Source: an uncultured Chloroflexia bacterium (GTDB lineage Bacteria > Chloroflexota > Limnocylindria > Limnocylindrales > CSP1-4). Taken from it: a stretch of DNA of 64,000 nt. Under the pieces are notes generated by a model. It worked only from the letters and a program-made list of their open reading frames with translations. It had not been told where the DNA came from and made no database searches. Where the stretch lies: the NCBI GenBank assembly GCA_963700245.1, contig CAVOWV010000022.1, positions 220,787 through 284,786 of the forward strand. The letters are read 5' to 3'. Of this stretch, positions 8,209 to 17,774 are shown one piece after another (the first letter of the stretch is position 1; each line of letters opens with the position of its first letter). Position numbers and translations under genes: made by a program.

Positions 8209-10144
8209 TTGAACGCGAAATTCCTGCGCAACGGGATCGTGATGCTCGTCCTCGTGGCGGGCACGGTTGCGCTGCTCTACACGTGGGTCCAGTCGTCGGC
8301 GCCCTCCCAGTCGGTTGGCTACTCGGCGTTCTACGACGATGTCAAGGCCGGTGTGGTCAAGGAGGTCGTCCAGGACGGCGAGACCCTCCAGGTGACCAAG
8401 ACCAACGGCGACACGTACGTCGTGGTCGTTCCCAACAACATCACCGGCGACGTCTACTCGGACATGCAGAAGGCATCCGCGGCCGGTGGCCAGTCGTCGG
8501 TGCCGCCCTACGAGAAGCAGGCGACTGCGGACACCTCGTGGATCGGCCTGCTGCTGAGCGGTCTCCTGCCGCTGCTCGTCATCGGTGGCTTCATCTTCTT
8601 CATGATGCGCCAGGCCCAGGGCACCAACAACCAGGCGATGTCCTTCGGCAAGAGCCGGGCACGCATGTTCCTGGGCAACAAGACGGTCGTCACCTTCGCG
8701 GACGTCGCCGGCGTGGACGAGGCCAAGATGGAGCTCCAGGAGGTCGTGGAGTTCCTCAAGTACCCCGAGAAGTTCAACTCGCTCGGCGCCCGCATCCCGC
8801 GCGGCGTGCTCCTGGTCGGCCCTCCGGGAACCGGCAAGACGCTGATGGCCCGGGCCGTCGCGGGCGAGGCCGGGGTGCCGTTCTTCAGCATCTCCGGCTC
8901 CGAGTTCGTCGAGATGTTCGTGGGCGTCGGCGCCAGCCGCGTGCGCGACCTGTTCGACCAGGCGAAGCGCAACAGCCCGTGCATCGTGTTCGTGGACGAG
9001 ATCGACGCGGTCGGCCGCCAGCGTGGTGCCGGCCTCGGGCGGCTCGCACGACGAGCGCGAGCAGACCCTCAACCAGATCCTCGTCGAGATGGACGGGTTC
9101 GACACGAGCACCAACGTGATCGTCGTCGCCGCGACCAACCGCCCGGACGTTCTGGACCCGGCCCTCCTGCGGCCCGGCCGGTTCGACCGCCAGGTCATCC
9201 TCGACCGCCCCGACATGAAGGGCCGGACGGCCATCCTCAAGGTCCACACCAAGGGCAAGCCCCTCGACAAGACCGTGTCCGTGGAGGAGGTCGCGCGCCA
9301 GTCGCCCGGGTTCTCCGGCGCGGACCTTGCGAACCTCGTCAACGAGGCGGCGATCCTCGCGGCCCGCCGCAACAAGAAGGTCGTCGGCCAGAACGACTTC
9401 TCCGAGGCCCTGGAGCGGATCGTGGCCGGTCCCGAGCGCAAGAGCCGGGTCATCAGCGACGAGGAGAAGCGGATCATCGCGTACCACGAGGGCGGTCACG
9501 CCGTCGTGCAGCGGATCCTGCCCAAGTGCGACCCCGTCGCCAAGGTCACGGTCATCAGCCGCGGCATGGCGCTGGGCTACACGATGGCGCTGCCGGTCGA
9601 GGACCGGTACCTCCAGAGCAAGACCGAGTTCGAGGACAAGATCGCGGGGCTGTTGGGCGGCAACGTCGCGGAGCGCCTCGTGTTCGGCGACACGACCACG
9701 GGTGCCAGCAACGACATCGAGAAGGCCACCGACCTCGCACGCCGCATGGTGACCGAGTTCGGGATGAGCGACCGCCTCGGCCCGCTCTCCTTCGGGAAGC
9801 GCGACGAGATGGTCTTCCTGGGTCGCTCCATGGGCGAGCAGCGGGACTACTCCGACAAGATCGCGATGATGATCGACGAGGAGGTCCGCGCCCTGATCGA
9901 TCGCGCATACGACCGGGCAACCGAGGTCCTGACCACGCATCGCGACCGCCTCGACACCCTGGCCGAGAAGCTGATCGCCGAGGAGACGGTCGACCAGGTG
10001 GAGTTCGAGAAGCTGTTCGACGACCTCCCGGCCAAGCCGGACCGGCAGGTGGGCATCCCGCGTGTCGTCGCCCCCGGCACGGACGGCGGCACGGCGACCG
10101 GCCCCGGCGCACCGGCCCAGAACCCGGCGCCGCTCCCGGCCTGA
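8209..10144 (+). CDS. ftsH: ATP-dependent zinc metalloprotease FtsH (one frame disruption near 9040 as sequenced)
   Basis: TTG start at 8209, 8 nt after a GGAGG (8196-8200). Product begins [15 protein letters not shown]. Two TM helices. Walker A GPPGTGKT, Walker B IVFVDEID, zinc site HEGGH. The sequence GAGLG|[12 protein letters not shown] continues in the neighbouring frame (ORF 9023-10144) after one extra base near 9040. Confidence 0.92.
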
Positions 10145-10151
10145 CGCGACG

Positions 10152-10170
10152 TCCCCGGCTGGACCGGGGA
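10152..10170 (+). terminator. Hairpin immediately after the ftsH stop
   Basis: TCCCCGG-ctgga-CCGGGGA forms a 7-bp stem, 8 nt after TGA (10142-10144). There is no U-tract. Confidence 0.35.
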
Positions 10171-10287
10171 GGTCCCGTCGCGAGTCACGGGTAGGCCCGG
10201 CGTGGTGACCGTGCCCTGATCGGCCTGCCCGGCCGCTCCGGGGCGCGATACGATCCATCGGGTCGCACCGCCACTCCTGGAGACGCC

Positions 10288-11700
10288 ATGACGGATCTGA
10301 CCACGGCGCCCGGCGCCGGTCCCATCGACCCGGCGATCGAGGCTGCCCTGGCGTCGTCCGCCGACGCGCGGGCCGAAGCACTGCTCGAGTTCGCGCGGAT
10401 CCCCAGCGTGTCGGCCCTGCCCGAGCACGCAGAGGACATGGTCCGGGCCGCAGAGTGGGTCGCGGAGCGCCTCCGGCGCGTGGGGGCCACGGACGTGGCC
10501 GTGGAGCGGACCGCCCTCCACCCGATCGTCTACGGGCGAATCCACGAGGCTCCCGGCGCGCCGACGGCACTCGTGTACTGCCATTACGACGTCCAGCCGG
10601 TGGACCCCGTGGAGCTCTGGGAGACGGCACCCTGGGAACCGTTCCTGCGCGACGGCCAGTTCGTGGGTCGCGGCGTGGCGGACGACAAGGGCCAGCTCGT
10701 GATGCACCTCTCCGCGCTCGAAGCGCTGCGAACCGTGGGCAGGGCCCCAGCGGTCAACCTAACGTTCGTCTTCGAGGGCGAGGAGGAGTACGGGTCGGAG
10801 AGCCTGTACGCGTGGATCGAGGCCAACCGCGACCGCCTCGAGGCCGACGTCGCGATCATCAGCGACACCTGCTACTTCGAGGGCAACGTCCCGGCGATCA
10901 CGGTCGGGCTGCGCGGGATCATGTATGCGCAGATCGACGTGGAGCTGTCGCCGGTGGACCTCCACTCGGGCATGTACGGCGGCACGGTCGAGAACCCGGC
11001 CAACGCGCTCGCCCGGATCATCACGGCCCTCAAGGGCCCCGACGGCAGGATCCGGATCCCTGGCTTCTACGACGACGTCGTCGCCCTCACCGACGCGGAG
11101 CGCGAGGCGATGGCGGCGCTGCCCTTCGACGACGAGGCCTACCGGGCCGAGATCCCGGTCCCCGCCCTCGTGGGCGAGGCCGGCTGGACCACGCTCGAGC
11201 GCAAGACCGCCCGCCCGACGCTGGACGTCAACGGGATGTGGAGCGGGTTCCAGGGCGAGGGTGCCAAGACGATCATCCCGGCCCACGCGCATGCGAAGGT
11301 CTCGACGCGCCTCGTGGCCGACCAGGATCCTGCGACAGTGTTCGCCGCCCTGCGTGACTACGTGGCCGAGATCGCGCCGCCCGGCGTGACCGTCAGCACG
11401 ACGTACATCCACGGCGGTCAACCGTCGCTGACGCCGACGGACCACCCGGCCACCCAGGCCGCCGCCCGCGCCATCGAGGCCGTCCACGGCGTACAGCCGG
11501 TCTACATCCGCGAGGGAGGCTCGATCCCGGTCACGGCCGCGTTCGACCACTCGCTGGGACTGCCGGTGGTGCTGCTCGGCTTCACGCAGCCCACCTGCAA
11601 CGCCCATGCGCCCAACGAGACCTTCCTGCTCGAGAACTTCGAGCTGGGCACACGCGTCATCGTGCGCTTCTGGGACGAGCTCGCGACGCTGCCCCGCTAG
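10288..11700 (+). CDS. M20-family dipeptidase (ArgE/DapE/PepV-like metallopeptidase)
   Basis: 470-aa ORF with a GGAGA Shine-Dalgarno upstream. M20 metal-ligand context: CHYDVQP, GRGVADDKG, FEGEEEYGS, and a C-terminal ..NAHAPNE. Confidence 0.85.
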   Translation: MTDLTTAPGAGPIDPAIEAALASSADARAEALLEFARIPSVSALPEHAEDMVRAAEWVAERLRRVGATDVAVERTALHPIVYGRIHEAPGAPTALVYCHYDVQPVDPVELWETAPWEPFLRDGQFVGRGVADDKGQLVMHLSALEALRTVGRAPAVNLTFVFEGEEEYGSESLYAWIEANRDRLEADVAIISDTCYFEGNVPAITVGLRGIMYAQIDVELSPVDLHSGMYGGTVENPANALARIITALKGPDGRIRIPGFYDDVVALTDAEREAMAALPFDDEAYRAEIPVPALVGEAGWTTLERKTARPTLDVNGMWSGFQGEGAKTIIPAHAHAKVSTRLVADQDPATVFAALRDYVAEIAPPGVTVSTTYIHGGQPSLTPTDHPATQAAARAIEAVHGVQPVYIREGGSIPVTAAFDHSLGLPVVLLGFTQPTCNAHAPNETFLLENFELGTRVIVRFWDELATLPR

Positions 11701-11826
11701 GGCGCCCGGCGGGCGTTTGCGGCCCGTACCTTCGGCTGGGGCGGGTGGGTCCGGGGGGTGACAGCGGACCCGCGCCCCGGTGCTAGGATGCACGGACGGG
11801 ATCCGATCGCGGGAGGATGCACCAAG

Positions 11827-12903
11827 GTGACGACTGAGACGGGGGACGGAGCGGCGCCGCGGGCTTCGTGGCGGCTTGACGGCCCCAACGGAAGCATGGC
11901 GCCCAGGTCGGCCATCGAGGTCCTCGTGGATCTCAACGAGAAGGTCGCCAGCGGCAAGGTCGGCGAGTACCAGCCGGTGCCGCTCGGGTTCACGCCGCTC
12001 GACAAGACCATCGGAACGGGGCTCCGGGCGGGCGAGCTGCTCCTGATCGGCGGCGCCCAGGGCACCGGCAAGACCACCATGGCGCTGCAGATGGCGCGCA
12101 ACGTCGCGTCGGGCGGACAGGCCAACGTCCTCTACATCTGCTTCGAGCACGACGAGCTGTACCTGCTCAACCGGCTGATCGCGGCCGAGTCGGCGCTCGC
12201 GCACCTGCCGCACAAGACCGGCGCGATCAAGATCCAGGACGTCCGCAAGGAGATCATGGGCACCTGGATGGCGGATGGCGGCGGCGCTGCCCAGCTGGCC
12301 GCGAACCCGCGCCTGCGGCCGTCCCTGGACCGCATCGCCCGCTACGGTCAGAACCTGTTCCTGCTGCGCGGCAGCCAGACCGCGAGCACCATCGACGGCA
12401 TGCGCGAGCTCATCCAGCAGCACCGAGCCCTGTCGGGCGATCGCCGGCTCGTGGTGGTGGTCGACTACATGCAGAAGGTGCCGGTGATCCCCGAGCCGCC
12501 CAACGAGGCGGAGAAGGTCACCTACGTGATCAATGGCCTCAAGGACATCGCCCTGTCCGAGGACGTGCCGATGATCGCCATCGTCGCGGCGGACAAGGAG
12601 GGCCTCAAGGCCTCGCGGCTCCGCAACTACCACCTGCGCGGCTCGTCGGCGATCAACTACGAGGCCGACATCATCCTGATCCTCAACGAGAAGTACCAGA
12701 TCGTCGCCAAGGTCAACATCGAGTTCAACCCGTACCAGGCGCAGCGCTTCCGGGACTGGGTGATCGTCTCGGTGGAGAAGAACCGGGGCGGCCAGGACCA
12801 GGTGGACCTCGAGTTCGAGAAGCACTTCGAGTTCTCCTGCTTCGATCCGAACGGCCGGACGGTGCAGGAGAAGCTGATCGAGGAGCGCCTCTACAACGAC
12901 TGA
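11827..12903 (+). CDS. Stand-alone DnaB-C-terminal/RecA-superfamily ATPase (DnaB_C-like; lacks the DnaB N-terminal domain)
   Basis: Walker A GGAQGTGKTT, Walker B RLVVVVDYMQKV, and a DnaB H4-like HLRGSSAINYEADIILIL motif. I chose the GTG start at 11827 (GGGAGG at 11811-11816). In-frame alternatives exist at 11758, 11788 and about 11896. A TAGGAT -10-like hexamer sits at 11784-11789. Confidence 0.75.
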   Translation: MTTETGDGAAPRASWRLDGPNGSMAPRSAIEVLVDLNEKVASGKVGEYQPVPLGFTPLDKTIGTGLRAGELLLIGGAQGTGKTTMALQMARNVASGGQANVLYICFEHDELYLLNRLIAAESALAHLPHKTGAIKIQDVRKEIMGTWMADGGGAAQLAANPRLRPSLDRIARYGQNLFLLRGSQTASTIDGMRELIQQHRALSGDRRLVVVVDYMQKVPVIPEPPNEAEKVTYVINGLKDIALSEDVPMIAIVAADKEGLKASRLRNYHLRGSSAINYEADIILILNEKYQIVAKVNIEFNPYQAQRFRDWVIVSVEKNRGGQDQVDLEFEKHFEFSCFDPNGRTVQEKLIEERLYND

Positions 12904-12906
12904 GCC

Positions 12907-12924
12907 GGCGGCTGATCCGCCGCC
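12907..12924 (+). terminator. Hairpin after the DnaB-C-like gene
   Basis: GGCGGC-tgatcc-GCCGCC starts 4 nt after the TGA and is followed by the T-containing tail ATCGCTTCGTTGT. Confidence 0.4.
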
Positions 12925-13129
12925 ATCGCTTCGTTGTCGCCTGCGGTGCTCGCTCACGCACCTCCGGGTGCCGTTCGCGCGCCTCGGTCCATCCGATAGC
13001 GGATGCGATCCGCCTCGCGCTGACGCCGGCTGAGCCGCCGGCAGGTGCGTGGACCGCCGCACATTGGCTCCTTGTCGGCTCCGGTGCTACCCGGCACGCG
13101 ACACCCGCGGCAGCGCGCCCGCCACGCGG

Positions 13130-13135
13130 TAGAGT
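13130..13135 (+). promoter_or_regulatory. Putative -10 box (TAGAGT), 6 nt before the ppa ATG (leaderless layout)
   Basis: The layout is TAGAGT-gcgcgc-ATG(13142) with no Shine-Dalgarno. Confidence 0.45.
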
Positions 13136-13141
13136 GCGCGC

Positions 13142-13660
13142 ATGAGCAGCCCCAACGCGGACGCCTTCCCCGGCGTCGTCGAGATCGTCGTCGAGATCCC
13201 TCGAGGGAGCCGCAACAAGTACGAGTACGACGAGGAGGCCCACGTCTACCGGCTGGACCGCGTCCTCTCGTCGGCGGTCTTCTACAACTTCGACTACGGC
13301 TTCATCGAGGGCACCCGCGCCGACGATGGAGACCACACGGACGCCCTCCTGGTCATCGACGAGCCCACGTTCACGGGCTGCCACGTCTGGGCCCGCCCGA
13401 TCGGCGGCCTCGAGATGCATGACGACATGGGCTTCGACTTCAAGACGCTGTGCGTCGCCATCGGCGACCCGCACCAGCAGCACATCGAGCGGCTCGAGCA
13501 GGTGCGGCCGCACCGCCTGGTGGAGATCGAGCAGTTCTTCAACACCTACAAGGTGCTCGAGAACAAGGCGGTCGACATCGCCGGCTGGCGCGATCGAGAC
13601 TTCGCGCTCGAGGTGCTGATGGCCGACCGCGAGCGGTACCGGCGCGAAGTGGGTGGCTGA
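13142..13660 (+). CDS. ppa: Inorganic pyrophosphatase (family I)
   Basis: 172-aa ORF with EIPRGSRNKYEYD and the DGDHTDALL acidic signature. Confidence 0.93.
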   Translation: MSSPNADAFPGVVEIVVEIPRGSRNKYEYDEEAHVYRLDRVLSSAVFYNFDYGFIEGTRADDGDHTDALLVIDEPTFTGCHVWARPIGGLEMHDDMGFDFKTLCVAIGDPHQQHIERLEQVRPHRLVEIEQFFNTYKVLENKAVDIAGWRDRDFALEVLMADRERYRREVGG

Positions 13661-14241
13661 GCGGCCGGACCGCCTGTTCGTCGCGGTCCCGCTGCCGCCG
13701 GAGCCCCTCGCCGCCTGCAAGGCGCTGATCGACGCGGTGAGAGGCGGCCCGCTGGGTGACGTCCCGCGCTGGGTCCACGTCGACAACCTGCACCTGACGG
13801 TCCGCTTCCTGGGCGAGACGCCGCCAGACCTCACCCCCGACGCCGCGCTGGCGGTCCGCGCTGCGTTCGAGGGTTCACGGGCATTCGACGTCGTGCTGGC
13901 CGGTGCGGGATCCTTCCCCGAGGCGCGCAAGCCCCGGGCGCTGTGGCTGGGGATCGAGCAGGGCGCGGCCGAGCTGGGCGCGCTCGCGGACGCTCTCGAT
14001 CCCGCCCTCGAGCCGCTGGGCTGGCCGCGCGACGACCGCCCGTACCGCCCGCACCTCACCGTCGCGAGGCTGGACCGCTCGCCCATCTCCTCGTCCGAGG
14101 CCATCGCCGACGAGCTCCGCGCCGCGGCGGCGGACTGGCAGGACGTCGTTCCGGGCCGATCGCGTCGTCCTGTACCGGAGCCACCTCGGCGGAGGACCGC
14201 CCCGCTACGAGCCCCTCGTCGAGGTGCTGCTAGCCGACTGA
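13653..14241 (+). CDS. thpR: RNA 2',3'-cyclic phosphodiesterase ThpR/LigT (2H family; one frame disruption near 14148)
   Basis: The GTG at 13653 overlaps the ppa 3' end. Two HxT motifs are present (HLTVRF, HLTVAR). The conserved C-terminus [23 protein letters not shown] is found in ORF 13903-14241, one frame over. Confidence 0.8.
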
Positions 14242-14326
14242 GACGCTCCGGCCGGTTTGCCCGCGTGTCACCGCACGCGATAGGCTCCGAGAGCCCAACT
14301 GCCCGCTTGCCCCCGGAGGTTCCGCG

Positions 14327-15702
14327 ATGGCCACCGCTCCTTCCCGCCGGACCAAGTTCGTGCTCGACGACGACCGGATCCCGCGGGCCTGGTACAACAT
14401 CGCCGCCGACCTTCCGGTCCCGCCGCCGCCGCCGCTCCACCCGGGGACGGGCCAGCCGCTCGGGCCGGCGGATCTCGCGCCGCTGTTCCCGATGGCGCTG
14501 ATCCTCCAGGAGGTCAGCACGGAGCGCGAGATCGAGATCCCGGACCCCGTCCGCGATGCGTATGCGCTGTACCGGCCGTCGCCGCTCCATCGGGCTCACC
14601 GGCTCGAGGCGGCGCTCGATACGCCCGCGCACATCTACTACAAGTACGAGGGCGTCAGCCCCGCCGGCAGCCACAAGCCCAACACGGCGATCGCCCAGGC
14701 CTTCTTCAACAAGCAGGAAGGCGTCAAGCGCATCGCGACCGAGACCGGCGCAGGGCAGTGGGGCAGCGCGATGGCCTTCGCGGGCGCGATGTTCGGGATC
14801 GACGTCAAGGTCTACATGGTCGGGCGAGCTACGACCAGAAGCCGTACCGGCGGATGCTGATGGAGACCTACGGCGCCGAGGTCGTGGCCAGCCCAAGCCC
14901 CACGACGAACTACGGCCGCGCGGTCCTGGCGGCAGACACCGGATTCGCCCGGGTTCGCTGGGCATGGCGATCAGCGAGGCGGTCGAGGACGCGGCAACCC
15001 GGGACGACACGAAGTACGCGCTCGGTTCGGTGCTCAACCACGTGCTCCTGCACCAGACCGTGATCGGCCTCGAGGCGCCAGGAGCAGATGGCGATGGCCG
15101 GCGAGGAGCCGGACGTGATCATCGGTTGCGCGGGCGGCGGCTCCAATTTCGCCGGTATGACGTTCCCGTACATCGGGCGGATGCTCCGCGGCGAGGCGAG
15201 CTACCGGGTCATCGCCGTGGAGCCCGAGGCGGCACCGTCGCTCACGCGGGGCGTGTACGCCTACGACTTCGGCGATACCGGTCACATGGCCCCGATCGTG
15301 AAGATGCACACCCTGGGCTCGGACTTCATTCCGGAGCCCATCCACGCCGGGGGCTGCGCTATCACGGGATGTCGCCGCTCGTGTCGCTGCTCAAGGAAGA
15401 GGGCATGATCGACGCGGTGAGCGTCCATCAGCGCGCCTGCTTCGAGGCGGGCGTCGCCTTCGCCCGGGCGGAGGGCATCCTGCCGGCCCCGAGAACCGAC
15501 GCACGCGATCAAGGTGGCGATCGACCAGGCGCTGGAGGCGAAGGAAGCGGGTGAGGAGCGGGTGATCCTGTTCAATCTCTGCGGCCACGGGCACTTCGAC
15601 CTGTCCGCGTACGAGCGCTACCTGCATGGCGCCCTGGAGGACTACGAGTACCCGGCGGAGAAGGTCGCCGCGTCGCTGGCCAACCTGCCGAAGGTCGGCT
15701 GA
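14327..15702 (+). pseudogene. trpB: TrpB2-type tryptophan synthase beta chain, broken by about 5 frame changes as sequenced
   Basis: Homologous sequence runs through five ORF pieces. In order: 14327-14860 (..[19 protein letters not shown]..), 14758-15063 ([21 protein letters not shown]), the 14556-15554 frame ([14 protein letters not shown]..), 15088-15408 (GCAGGGSNFAG..), the 14556-15554 frame again (GLRYHGMSPLVS..), and 15514-15702. Switches fall near 14821, 14949, 15077, 15351 and 15492. A GGAGG Shine-Dalgarno precedes the ATG at 14327. Confidence 0.8.
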
Positions 15703-15740
15703 CCCGACCACACGACCGCTCTGCCCACGAGGAGCGGCTG

Positions 15741-15995
15741 GTGCCGAAGCTCGCCTGCCGCGCCTGCGGCCGCCAGGTCTACGCTGCCGCGGCGATCGGC
15801 TCGCTGCTCGCCGAGGAACGGCGATGCCCACGCTGCGGCGCGGTGATGGATCCGGAGCGCCGCGCGTTCGACCGCCGGCAGGTCGTCCGGCGCCGGAACC
15901 CGCCCGACGATCCGGGGCCGCCCGCCGGGGAGGGGGAGCGGCGGGTCCGTGAGCGACGGGTGGCGCAGCGGCGTGACCACGAGGCGGGCGGCTGA
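15741..15995 (+). CDS. Small zinc-ribbon protein (CxxC..CxxC) with a basic Arg-rich tail
   Basis: GTG start 6 nt after a GAGGAG. High GC3. Motifs CRACG..(17 aa)..CPRCG. I recognise no family. Confidence 0.55.
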   Translation: MPKLACRACGRQVYAAAAIGSLLAEERRCPRCGAVMDPERRAFDRRQVVRRRNPPDDPGPPAGEGERRVRERRVAQRRDHEAGG

Positions 15996-16062
15996 TCCTG
16001 CGGCCGCGTGCTGACGGGCCGGGCGCCGCCTGTCTCGAAGGGCTCCCGGCGATCCTCGACCG

Positions 16063-16791
16063 CTACTTAGCGCGCGGCGGCTCGACCAGCTTGTGGCGCA
16101 ACGCGAAGGCGACGGCCTCGAGCTTCGAGTGCACGTGGAGCTTGCCCATGATGTTCTGGACGTGGGTCCGAAGGGTGTTGGGGGCGATGGCCAGCCGCTC
16201 GCAGATCTCGCGCGTCCCGAGCCCCTCCGTGAGCGCCCGCAGGATCTCGAGCTCGCGCGGCGTGAGCGGCACGACCGGGGTCTGGACGGAGCGGCGATCC
16301 CGGGCCTCGGCGACGCGCCGGGCGATCGTGACGACCGTCGAAGGCGGGAGCAGGATCGCGCCCTCGTGCGCGGCCCGCACGGCAGCGACCACGTCCGCGA
16401 CCACGCGGTCCTTCGTCAGATAGCCGTCCGCGCCCGCCTGGATGGCCTCGAGGATCGTCTCATCGTCGTCGATGCCGGTCAGCATGAGGACCCTGCACGA
16501 CGGCCAGCGCGCCTTGATCAGGCGCGTCGCCTCCACGCCGGTGCCGTCCTGCAGGTGGTAGTCCATCAGGGCCACGTCCGCCTGCAGCCCGGCGGCCTCG
16601 CGCACCTCCGCGACGGACACGGCCGCGCCCACGATCCGCATGTCGGGCTCCAGGCCGATCACCCTCGTGAGCGCGTCGAGGACGAGCCGGTGGTCGTCGA
16701 CGAGCAGGACGCGGATGGGGTGTGCGGTGGGCGGTCGGGGCGCGGACGAGCGGATGCGGCTGGAGGCGGCGGGTTCGTCGGTCGGCGACAC
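16063..16791 (-). CDS. NarL/FixJ (LuxR)-family response regulator; no kinase gene adjacent
   Basis: ORF trimmed to the GTG at 16791 (GGAGA 6 nt upstream). REC domain (RVLLVDDH..ALMDYHLQDG..LTGIDD) plus a C-terminal LuxR HTH (LTPRELEILRALTEGLGTREICERLAIAPNTLRTHVQNIMGKL). Confidence 0.88.
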   Translation of the reverse strand: MSPTDEPAASSRIRSSAPRPPTAHPIRVLLVDDHRLVLDALTRVIGLEPDMRIVGAAVSVAEVREAAGLQADVALMDYHLQDGTGVEATRLIKARWPSCRVLMLTGIDDDETILEAIQAGADGYLTKDRVVADVVAAVRAAHEGAILLPPSTVVTIARRVAEARDRRSVQTPVVPLTPRELEILRALTEGLGTREICERLAIAPNTLRTHVQNIMGKLHVHSKLEAVAFALRHKLVEPPRAK

Positions 16792-16886
16792 GGGGTGTCT
16801 CCTTCCAGGTGGGCCCTCGCGGGGGACGCAGGGAACGGGCAGGACCCACGGCGAGTCTAACCCGCTCGTCCAGAGGCCACGTCCCC

Positions 16887-16892
16887 GATAAT
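16887..16892 (+). promoter_or_regulatory. Putative -10 box (GATAAT), 7 nt before the tyrA ATG (leaderless layout)
   Basis: The layout is GATAAT-cgcccgg-ATG(16900) with no Shine-Dalgarno. Confidence 0.45.
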
Positions 16893-16899
16893 CGCCCGG

Positions 16900-17774
16900 A
16901 TGCGCATCGCGATCCTTGGGCTGGGGCTGATCGGCGGGTCGGTTGCGCGCGCCCTGCGCGAGGCACCTGCCTACGCCGGCGCGGAGCTGGTCGCCTGGAC
17001 GCCGTCCGGCGGGGGACCCCGCTCGGCGCTGGCGGCCGGCGTGGTCGACGTCGCGGCCGTCGATCCGCTCGACGCCGTCCGCGGGGCGTCGATCGTGATC
17101 CTCGCGGCGCCGCCCCTCGCCTGCGCGTCCCTCGTCCGCCGCCTCGGCGCGCAGCCCGGCGACCGCCCTGGCACCCGGAGCGACCGTCACCGACGTGGCG
17201 TCCACCAAGGCCGCCCTCACGGCGGCCGCGGCAGCGGCGGGCATCCCGTTCGTGGGCGGCCACCCGATGGCGGGCCGGGAGACCAGCGGGTTCGAGGCGG
17301 CCGATGCCGGTCTCTTCCGCGGCCGGCCATGGGTGATCACGGAGGCGGTGGGCGGCGGCGACCCGGGCGTCGTCAGGTCGCTTGCGCTTGCCTGTGGGGC
17401 GCTCCCCGTCGACCTGGACGCCGCGGCGCATGACCGCCTGGTGGCCTCGATCAGCCATCTCCCCCTGCTCGCGTCCGTCGCGCTCGTGGAGGCGGTGGCC
17501 GGCACGACGGCGGACCCGGTGGCCGACTGGCCGGCGGCGGCGGCACTCGCGGCGAGTGGGTGGCGCGACGTGAGCCGCCTCGCCCGGGGTGACGCCACCA
17601 TGGGCGCGGAGATCGCGGCCTCGAACGCCGAGGCCATCGCGGTGGTCATGCGACGGCTCCGGGACCGCATCGACGAGTGGCTCGACCTGGTCGACGCACC
17701 CGACGGCCCCGATGCGGACGTCGATGCGGGACCGGCTGGCGGCCGCGAAGGCGCGCCTGGAACGGCCGGCCTGA
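16900..17774 (+). CDS. tyrA: Prephenate dehydrogenase (frame disruption near 17160; a probable second one near 17720)
   Basis: NAD-binding site ILGLGLIGGS. After the shift: LAPGATVTDVASTK and GGHPMAGRE. The natural-looking C-terminus MRDRLAAAKARLERPA* is in a third frame. It ends at TGA 17772-17774, which overlaps the next ATG. Confidence 0.75.

Noticed and set aside
10759-15037. Very long minus-strand ORFs (10759-13062, 767 aa; 12725-15037, 770 aa) lying opposite the dipeptidase, DnaB-C-like, ppa, thpR and trpB2 genes.
   Set aside because: Their translations are Arg/Gly/Pro/Asp-rich low-complexity sequence with no motifs. They lie antisense to genes with clear family signatures. Such shadow ORFs are expected at this GC content because stop codons are rare.
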